Source: a virus
Length of the DNA: 64,000 nt
Direction: 5' to 3' (one strand)
Virus record (IMG/VR): IMGVR_UViG_3300017791_000124
Span: 1,174 to 65,173 of that record
Part shown: one piece after another, positions 50,490 through 57,738 of the stretch
Position numbering within the stretch: position 1 is the stretch's first letter
Layout: each line of letters starts with the position of its first letter
Translations under genes and position numbers: made by a program
Notes under the pieces: generated by a model
The model's database searches: none
Told to the model about the DNA's origin: nothing
What the model saw: the letters and a program-made list of their open reading frames with translations, nothing else

Positions 50490-51544
50490 GGGCCACCCCC
50501 GTCACCGTCCCAGCCCCGGCGCCACGCGTCGACCTCTGCCTCGCGACCGGCCTCACGATATTCGCCCGGGACGGCGGTGCGCTTCATGCCGGTGCGCTTC
50601 GCTTCCTTGCCGCGCTCCCAAGCGGTGTCGAGCCTGACCTTCGGGATGGCCGCCGGCTTGGCCGCTGTCGTCACTTCGCCGGTGGCGGCGTCGACGGTCT
50701 CGGTCTGCTCGCGCAGATGCGGCTCGGCACCACCGGGAATGTCGGGCGTCGGCTCGGGCTCGCCGTCATCGGCGAACTGATCGAGTGCTGCGGCAGCGCC
50801 GCGCGGACGGCCGAGCTTCTTGGGCGGCGGTGCCGCCACGTAGCCGGCTGGCGCGACGTCCTCGCCTTCATCCTCGCGGCTGATCAGTTCGTCGAGCCCG
50901 TGCGGCATCGGCAACAGCTTGCACAGCCGCTTCAGCGCGGTCTTCTTGCGCATCTCATCCGTCCACTGCGCCCACGGCGAATCCTCACCGCGCGCGCGAG
51001 AGACATTGCGAATGCGCGTCATCTCCGTTTCATTGATTGTGGAGACGAAGAACCCTCCGCCCTTGGTGATGGCTGCCGCGTAAGTTTCGATCACCTTGCC
51101 GTTGCCCGGGCCCGGGCGATGCAGAAAGTGCTGGCCGTGCTCGTCGAGCCAGATGTCGAACTCGCGATCGTCGTCGCGGTGCAGGCCGGCGCCGATCCAT
51201 TTATACTCGCCCGACTGCTCAAAGCGGTCGATGAGCCCGCGATACATGGGTTGCCACTTGGCCTTGCCCTTGTACGGCACGATCACGCCCTGCCGGCGAT
51301 CGGGCAACAGACCGTCGTTGGTGGCTTCGAGCAGCGCCTGCCAGAGCGATTGGAACGACACGTCGCTGATAAGCTCGGGCTGCATCATCGCGGCGGTGAC
51401 TGCCGCACGAATGAAGCGATCCGCGCTGATGCCGGACCCTTCGAGCGCATGTTCAAGCTCGGCACGCCGCTGCAAGAGCCGATCGCGCAACACGGCGATC
51501 GCCGGCACCGCCTTGGTCTCACGCTCAATCACTTGAGTGCTCAT
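50486..51544 (-). CDS. recT: RecT-family single-strand annealing protein
   Basis: GLLPD..QGVIVPY...WQPMYRGLI, SPWAQWTDEMRKKTALKRLCKLLP. Confidence 0.9.
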   Translation of the reverse strand: MSTQVIERETKAVPAIAVLRDRLLQRRAELEHALEGSGISADRFIRAAVTAAMMQPELISDVSFQSLWQALLEATNDGLLPDRRQGVIVPYKGKAKWQPMYRGLIDRFEQSGEYKWIGAGLHRDDDREFDIWLDEHGQHFLHRPGPGNGKVIETYAAAITKGGGFFVSTINETEMTRIRNVSRARGEDSPWAQWTDEMRKKTALKRLCKLLPMPHGLDELISREDEGEDVAPAGYVAAPPPKKLGRPRGAAAALDQFADDGEPEPTPDIPGGAEPHLREQTETVDAATGEVTTAAKPAAIPKVRLDTAWERGKEAKRTGMKRTAVPGEYREAGREAEVDAWRRGWDGDGGGP

Positions 51545-51566
51545 GCTTCATTTCCCTTCTGAATAA

Positions 51567-51772
51567 GTGCGCCCGGCATCGTTGCAGTGGAGTTCATGGC
51601 CTGTTTGGCCGGGCGCGGCGGTCGCATACGGGTCGTGGAGTTCACGCCGCCATTGGCGACCGCGTTGGTGGATAGGTGCGCCCGGCAAACCTGAGATGGA
51701 GTTCATGTATCCATGGGCCGGGCGCGGCGGTCGCATCCTCGCAATGGAGGTCACGAGATCAATGGCGACCGC
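51567..51772 (-). ncRNA. TIGR-like stem-loop guide array, block D (4 units)
   Basis: Same repeat grammar; intergenic between yqaJ and recT. Confidence 0.88.
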
Positions 51773-52065
51773 ATTCGATTCCATTTGGCGCGGAGTCGCG
51801 CCTTGTCGTTCCGATTGGTGATTGTTTGTGCCGCACGCGCGAGGCGCGCCGCGCCTATTGCCGGGCGGTTGACTGGCGATTGAACCCCGGGGGGAAAGAT
51901 CGCCCCCGCCTATTTCCCCGTGAGGGGTGTTGTATTCAGCGGGCCGCCCGACAAGGGAGGCCCCGGAGTTCAGGTAGTACCAAGCACTGCACCAGTCACG
52001 ATACACGCTTGGAGGATGGAGGTTCATATACTCACCTTGGGTGTGTCAAGTGTGATCCTCGTCGG

Positions 52066-53007
52066 TCATGGCGCGCGCTCATGCTCATTGCGTGCCACGC
52101 GCAGCACGCGGAAACTGGATGCCGGCACGGTGTATTCGCTGCGGTGCTGAAGCTTCCAAGTGACCCGCCAGCCGGGCACCAGCGCGCCTTCGGCATCGCC
52201 GATCTTGGCCTTGATCTCGTCTTCGGCTGCCTTCAGCCGCTTCTGCACGTCCTTCTCGGTGTCCTTCAAAATCTGCCGGCGTTCGAGCAAGTCGCCGATG
52301 GCATTATCGGTCGAGAGATCGATCACCTTGCCGGGAGTCTCATTCGGAAACATCAGCGCGATGAGATCACCGTCGCGCTCGAAGTCGATCACCGGCTGAT
52401 CGCCGGCATCGAACTTGAGCCAGAACGCGGCGGCGGCGGTGCGCAGGCGCAACTCGGCCTTGCGGTTGCGCTCGACCGGGAAGACTCGCGCTTCGAATGT
52501 GAAGTCGCCGATGATCAGCGCGCCGAGCGCGCCCCACGTGCAGTCGGGGATCAGCATCATTTCGGTCGCAAGCTGCAACAGATAGCCGAGCGGCGGTGTG
52601 CCGTCCGGCCATTTCCTTTTGAAGACGGGTTGCGCCACGGTCTTGATCTGCAGCGAGCCGACGCCGTCGCGCGCGGGATCGATCACGAGAAAGTCCGGCG
52701 TGCAGGCGATGCGCGCCACTGGGTCAACATACTGGTGCTCACAGCGAGAGATGCGCCACGTCGGGTGCAGCTTTTGGACTTCGTCCATCGCGTCATCTTC
52801 CAGCGCGTTGCCGCGCCGGATCAGTGGGCTGTCGGGATCGACGTCGCTTTCGAGCCCGCGCATCTCGGCGGTGAGCCGGGCCAAGGTCTTATAATCGTGC
52901 AGGCCGAAGACGCAGGCGATGTCGGAGGCATTCAGGTAGTGGCGGCGGCGTTCGAGCCAGTCGCTGCGGTCTCCGATCGGATGAGCTTCCACTCCGGTGG
53001 CTGTCAT
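52066..53007 (-). CDS. YqaJ/lambda-exonuclease family recombination nuclease
   Basis: WLERRRHYLNASD, RGNALE, CTPDF, LQIKT, YLLQLATEM. Confidence 0.9.
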   Translation of the reverse strand: MTATGVEAHPIGDRSDWLERRRHYLNASDIACVFGLHDYKTLARLTAEMRGLESDVDPDSPLIRRGNALEDDAMDEVQKLHPTWRISRCEHQYVDPVARIACTPDFLVIDPARDGVGSLQIKTVAQPVFKRKWPDGTPPLGYLLQLATEMMLIPDCTWGALGALIIGDFTFEARVFPVERNRKAELRLRTAAAAFWLKFDAGDQPVIDFERDGDLIALMFPNETPGKVIDLSTDNAIGDLLERRQILKDTEKDVQKRLKAAEDEIKAKIGDAEGALVPGWRVTWKLQHRSEYTVPASSFRVLRVARNEHERAP

Positions 53008-53062
53008 CTCGTGTGACCCTTAAACGTGTTGACGTCGGGCTGGCGATTTCGTTCCCGGTCCT

Positions 53063-53151
53063 ATGGAGAAAAATGAGACGCACTGAGAAGCACTGAGACG
53101 CATAGAGACGCATGGAGACAATATCTGTTCCTATTTCCTGTGCGTCTCCAT
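53063..53151. repeat. 10-bp-period direct repeats (GAGACGCAct) in the divergent control region
   Basis: TGAGACGCAC TGAGAAGCAC TGAGACGCAT AGAGACGCAT GGAGACAA, plus an inverted copy at 53141-53151. Confidence 0.75.
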
Positions 53152-53441
53152 GGACTTATATCGACGTACCGAGACCCTGCGCCGTGTCTGATCGATCGTC
53201 AAGCGGTCCGCGATTCGGCGCGCGCGGCGTCATCTGAATTTCATATTGCCGGCTCGTGGCTTATCGGTCGCCAAAATTTTTTCTTGCGTGGCGCGCTGCC
53301 CGGTGGCTTCCTCGCATGTCTTCCACGAGCCCGCACTGCTTTGCTGCCAAGAGCCTTTCGCGCTCTGCGTTTTTTCCGTGCGGTGCTCGCAACAAAACCA
53401 ATTGCAGGGGTATTCCCTGAGTTGGGCAGGCGGAAACCCCG

Positions 53442-53729
53442 ATGCCGCAACAACATTGTCCACATTGCCACAAACCCCTGCAGCCGACACGCTACGGTGT
53501 GGGCTTTGGCCCGCTCGCGATCCGCATCATCGACGCGATTGAGACCGCCGGCCCCGCCGGCATCAGCAGTACTGACCTATTTCGCGCGGCCTATCGCGAG
53601 CGCAACGGCGCCACGGTCGAGCGGCTGAAAAGCTACATCGGCTCGATCAACGCCGCGCTCGCCGGCAAGGGCTTCGCCATCCGCATCGATCGCGCTTCCG
53701 ATCGCGTCATCATGAGGCGACGCGCATGA
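53442..53729 (+). CDS. Zn-ribbon/winged-helix DNA-binding protein
   Basis: CPHC...; LKSYIGSINAAL..KGFAIR. Confidence 0.65.
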   Translation: MPQQHCPHCHKPLQPTRYGVGFGPLAIRIIDAIETAGPAGISSTDLFRAAYRERNGATVERLKSYIGSINAALAGKGFAIRIDRASDRVIMRRRA

Positions 53730-54316
53730 CGGTGGCCGATCGACAGCCGTTGATCTGGGCGCTCGACATCGCCACGGTCACCGGCTGCGCCATCGGCAAG
53801 GTGGGCGATCGACCGAAGGCGCATTCGGTTCGCTTCGCGCCGGCGGGCGCGTCGAGCGATACGCTGTTCGCCGGCTGCTTCGAATGGTTCGGCGAGATGA
53901 TCGAGAAGGGCCCGTTGCCCGACATCTTGATGATCGAGGAACTGCTGCCGCCGATCGCGCGGCGCGGCACCACCAACACACAGACACAGCATCGGCTCGC
54001 CGGCTTGCACGGCGTGGTGCGCGCGATGGCGAAGCACGCGGCGATTCCAGAGATCGCCAGCGCCAACGTGCTCGACGTGCGGGCACACTTCATTCAGGCG
54101 CGCAACCTCAAGCGCGACGCAGCCAAGCGCGCGGTGTTCATCCGCTGCAAGATGCTCGGCTGGCTCGCGAGCGACGATAACTGTGCCGACGCGCTCGCGC
54201 TGTGGAGCTACACCGCCGGCCTAATCAATCCGGCGACGGCGCTCGCGGTAACGCCGCTGTTCTCATCGTGGGAAGAGGTGGCGAAGGCGCGCGAAGCAAA
54301 GCGGGGTGAGTCATGA
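53726..54316 (+). CDS. RuvC-like Holliday junction resolvase
   Basis: IWALDIATVTG, LMIEE, DDNCADALAL. Confidence 0.8.
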   Translation: MTVADRQPLIWALDIATVTGCAIGKVGDRPKAHSVRFAPAGASSDTLFAGCFEWFGEMIEKGPLPDILMIEELLPPIARRGTTNTQTQHRLAGLHGVVRAMAKHAAIPEIASANVLDVRAHFIQARNLKRDAAKRAVFIRCKMLGWLASDDNCADALALWSYTAGLINPATALAVTPLFSSWEEVAKAREAKRGES

Positions 54317-56493
54317 CACCCGCTTTCCGTCACTGGGTCGAGCGCGCGCGGGCCGAGCACGTCACCGCGATTCTGCGCGGGCGGCAGATCAACCTCATGG
54401 GGCGCGGCAACCGACGCGCCGGCCCGTGTCCGAAGTGCGGCGGCGAGGATCGCTTCGCGGTCGATCTGGAAAAAGAGGTTTTCAATTGCCGGGGCTGCGG
54501 CGGCAAGGGCCATGGCTCGATCAGCCTTGTGGAGTTTCTCGACGGCGTGAACTTCCTGCAGGCGGTCGAGATCATCACCGGCGAGCCGCCGCCAAAGGAT
54601 GAAGCGAAGCAGGCGAAGCCGCGCGAGCGCAAGGCGCGCGGCAAATTCGTGTGCGCCTATGACTACACCGACGAGCTTGATGTCCTCGGCTATCAGGTCT
54701 GCCGCTATGCCGAGCCGAAGAGCTTCTCGCAGCGGCGGCCCGATCCGGATCACGACGGCGAATGGATCGGTGATCTCAAGGGCGTGCGGCTGGTGCCGTA
54801 TCACTTGCCCGACATGATCGAGGGCATTGCCAATGACCATCCGGTCTACTGGGTCGAGGGTGAAAAGGACGCCAACACTGGCGCAGCTTTGGGGCTGGTG
54901 ACGACCACGACCGCGATGGGACTCGCCGGCAAGGGCCATTGGGAGCGCGGTGCCTACGATGAATTTTTCAAGGGCGCGAAAGTGATCCTGATGCCGGATC
55001 AGGACGCTGATCCGCGCAAGGGCGGCGCGCTCGCGCGTGTCATCGCCAAGCGGCTGTTACCGATCGCAGCTTGCGTGTTCATGCTGAACCTGCCGGCCAA
55101 GGACTTGAGCGAATGGGTCGAGCAGGGTGGCACGCGCGAGGCGCTCGACGAGATTCCGCTGCAGGAAGTGCCGGCGACCAACGGCCACGACCACGACGCG
55201 CTGGATGCGTTTGAAGCCCAATGGGAGCCGCCGGGCAACACGAGCCAAGCGCCGGCGATCAAGCCGGTGCCGACGGTGCGACCGTTCCCGATCGACGGCG
55301 CAAGCATTCCGCGCCGGCCATGGGTGATCCCCGGATGGCTGTTGCGCCGACACGTCTCGGTGCTGGTCGCGCCGCCGGGCTCGGGCAAGTCTCTGCTCAC
55401 GCTGCAGGCCGCGTTGATGATGGGCACGGCGATGCAATGGGGCGGCTGGCATCCGCGCGGTGCGTTCAAGGTGCTGGTGATCAACAGCGAGGACGACAAC
55501 GACGAGATGCGCCGCCGGCTCTATGCCGGCGCCAAGATCATGAACTGCGACGAGCAGATGCTGAGCGAGCGGATCGTGCTTGCCGACGCGCCGGAAGACA
55601 TCGTGATCGCGCGCGCCGACAGCAAGACGAAAACGGTGATCCGCACGCCGATGGTCGAGAACCTGATCGCCACCATCACGGCCGGCGGCTTCGACGTGGT
55701 GATCATCGATCCGTTCGCCGAATGCTTCGAGGGCGACGAGAACTCGAACAGCGAATTGAAATGGGCGGCGCTGTTGTGGCGCGAGATCGCGCGCCGGACC
55801 AACTGTTCGGTGCTGCTGGTGCATCACACGAGGAAGTATGCCAACGAGCCGGGCGACATGGACGCGGCACGCGGCGCCGGCGCGCTGCTCGGTGTCGCGC
55901 GCGTGGTGTCGACCGTGTTCACCATGAGCGAGAGCGAGGCGCAGGCGTTCGAGATCGATGCGGAGCGGCGCCACGAATATCTGCGCTTCGACGACGCCAA
56001 GGCGAACCTCTCGCTGGTGACGTTCAAGGCGCGCTGGTTTTTCAAGCGCACGTTCACGCTGCCGAACGGCACCGATGATGAGCCGGCCGATCAGCTTGGC
56101 GTGCTGGAGCCGTGGCAGCCGTCGACGGTGTTCGACAAGCTCGACGCCGGCACCGCGCGGACAATCCTGCTCATCATCGACAAAGGCGTGGTGGTCGATG
56201 ACGGCAAGCCGAAGCTCGCGACCGATCAAGGCGTGCTCGTGCCGGACAAGCCTGACCCCTACACGCTGACACGACGCGGCAAGGCGGCGCCACGCTGGGC
56301 CGGGACCGTGGTGATGGATCACGTGTCGTGTAGCGAGAAGGAAGCGCAGAAGCTGTTGAACATCTGGATCAAGAATCGCGTGCTGGTCGAGATCGATGTC
56401 GAGACGTCGACCAGCAAGGGGCAGAAGCGCAAGGGGCTCAAGGTCAACATGGCCCGGCTGCCGGGCACGCTCAGCGATGAGACATCGCTGTGA
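54313..56493 (+). CDS. Primase-helicase (Zn finger, TOPRIM, AAA_25 helicase)
   Basis: GPCPKCGGEDRF..CRGC; VEGEKDA, MPDQD, KDLSEW; APPGSGKS, IIDP, VHHTRK. Confidence 0.9.
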   Translation: MTPAFRHWVERARAEHVTAILRGRQINLMGRGNRRAGPCPKCGGEDRFAVDLEKEVFNCRGCGGKGHGSISLVEFLDGVNFLQAVEIITGEPPPKDEAKQAKPRERKARGKFVCAYDYTDELDVLGYQVCRYAEPKSFSQRRPDPDHDGEWIGDLKGVRLVPYHLPDMIEGIANDHPVYWVEGEKDANTGAALGLVTTTTAMGLAGKGHWERGAYDEFFKGAKVILMPDQDADPRKGGALARVIAKRLLPIAACVFMLNLPAKDLSEWVEQGGTREALDEIPLQEVPATNGHDHDALDAFEAQWEPPGNTSQAPAIKPVPTVRPFPIDGASIPRRPWVIPGWLLRRHVSVLVAPPGSGKSLLTLQAALMMGTAMQWGGWHPRGAFKVLVINSEDDNDEMRRRLYAGAKIMNCDEQMLSERIVLADAPEDIVIARADSKTKTVIRTPMVENLIATITAGGFDVVIIDPFAECFEGDENSNSELKWAALLWREIARRTNCSVLLVHHTRKYANEPGDMDAARGAGALLGVARVVSTVFTMSESEAQAFEIDAERRHEYLRFDDAKANLSLVTFKARWFFKRTFTLPNGTDDEPADQLGVLEPWQPSTVFDKLDAGTARTILLIIDKGVVVDDGKPKLATDQGVLVPDKPDPYTLTRRGKAAPRWAGTVVMDHVSCSEKEAQKLLNIWIKNRVLVEIDVETSTSKGQKRKGLKVNMARLPGTLSDETSL

Positions 56494-57023
56494 GCGGCGC
56501 GATCGCCATCAAGCTGACTGAAGGCCAGATCAGCATGGCGAGCCACATCGGCGTCATGCGCCGCATCAGCAACTTGCGGCGCAGTACGCCGCCGAAGCAT
56601 GGCGCGGGCAATGGCGAAGGAAGCTGGGAGATCGACATCAACGGTTGCTGCGCCGAGCTTGCGGTCGCGTGCTATCTCAATCTGTTTTGGTGCGGCTCGC
56701 TCAACGACTATGCGGCGCGTGATGTTGGCGGCTTGGTCGACGTGCGCTCGACCATGAAGCCGGATCGCCGGCTGCCGTTGCACCCTGATGATCTCGACAG
56801 CGTGCCGTTCGTGCTCGCATGGCCGCGCCCGCCGCTGTTCTCTGTCTATGATCTTGTCGGCTGGACACTCGCGCGTGACGGCAAGCGACAAGAGTTCTGG
56901 TGTGATCCGACGAACAACGGTCGCCCGGCGTTTTTCGTGCCGAAGAATGTCCTGCATCCGATGCCGGCGCTGCGCGAGTGGACCGAGCGCATGCGATCGC
57001 TCACAGAGGAGTCGTCGCTGTGA
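56490..57023 (+). CDS. Hypothetical protein, PD-(D/E)xK-like fold
   Basis: GCCAELAVA...DV...VDVRST. Confidence 0.6.
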   Translation: MSGAIAIKLTEGQISMASHIGVMRRISNLRRSTPPKHGAGNGEGSWEIDINGCCAELAVACYLNLFWCGSLNDYAARDVGGLVDVRSTMKPDRRLPLHPDDLDSVPFVLAWPRPPLFSVYDLVGWTLARDGKRQEFWCDPTNNGRPAFFVPKNVLHPMPALREWTERMRSLTEESSL

Positions 57024-57640
57024 GCGTGTTTGCACCATTGGCGCCGCCCTACGGCATCGTGGTCGCCGATCCGCCGTGGCGCTTCGCGACGTGGTCGCAG
57101 AAAAATCAGGACGTCGGCAAGGGCGCGCTCGCGCATTACTCGCTGATGTCACTACGCGACATCATGGCGTTGCCGGTGGCCGATCTCATGGGCCGGCATG
57201 GCTTTGCGTTTATCTGGACGACCGGATGGGCCATGGCGACGGGCCAAGCGCGTGACGTCGCGCGTGCGTGGCGGCTTGAGCCGAAGACGGAGTCGGTGTG
57301 GGTCAAGCGCACGATCAACGGCAAGGTGCGCGTCGGCACCGGCTACATCGCGCGATCGATGCACGAGCCGATCCTGATCTGCACCAAAGGCAGTCCCGGC
57401 CGGCTCGGCTTTCCATCCATGTTCGACGGACTGGCGCGCGAGCACTCACGCAAGCCGGATGAATTCTATGCGCTGCTCAAGGCGCGCACGCCGGACGCGC
57501 GGCGCTGCGATCTGTTCTCTGGCGGTGTCACGCGTGACGGATTCGATGGATGGGGCGAGCGGCATGGCAAGCGCTGTGTTGATTGCGCTTTGGTCAGCAA
57601 ACCTGACCTTGAATTTGACTTGTCGGAAATGATGGGATGA
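57020..57640 (+). CDS. MT-A70-family N6-adenine methyltransferase
   Basis: IVVADPPW, VWVK, GTGYIARSMHE, REHSRKPDEFY, DLFS. Confidence 0.9.
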   Translation: MSVFAPLAPPYGIVVADPPWRFATWSQKNQDVGKGALAHYSLMSLRDIMALPVADLMGRHGFAFIWTTGWAMATGQARDVARAWRLEPKTESVWVKRTINGKVRVGTGYIARSMHEPILICTKGSPGRLGFPSMFDGLAREHSRKPDEFYALLKARTPDARRCDLFSGGVTRDGFDGWGERHGKRCVDCALVSKPDLEFDLSEMMG

Positions 57641-57738
57641 GCATAGTATCCGATCGATGCCGTTTTTCGCGGCGCGCGCTATTGGCGCAGGCTCCTCGAC
57701 GAGCGGCAGTGTCATGCCTGTTCAATGGGGAGTTTCCT

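Noticed and set aside
46409-51772. Reading the arrays as CRISPR
   Set aside because: Spacers are 9 nt and paired, repeats alternate between short types, and no cas genes are present.
52211-52228. Partial self-matches of predicted guide targets (14/18 in yqaJ, 14/18 at the start of the 10360 gene, 13/18 to the attP arm repeats)
   Set aside because: Matches at this level are expected by chance for 22 guides over 64 kb of high-GC DNA.
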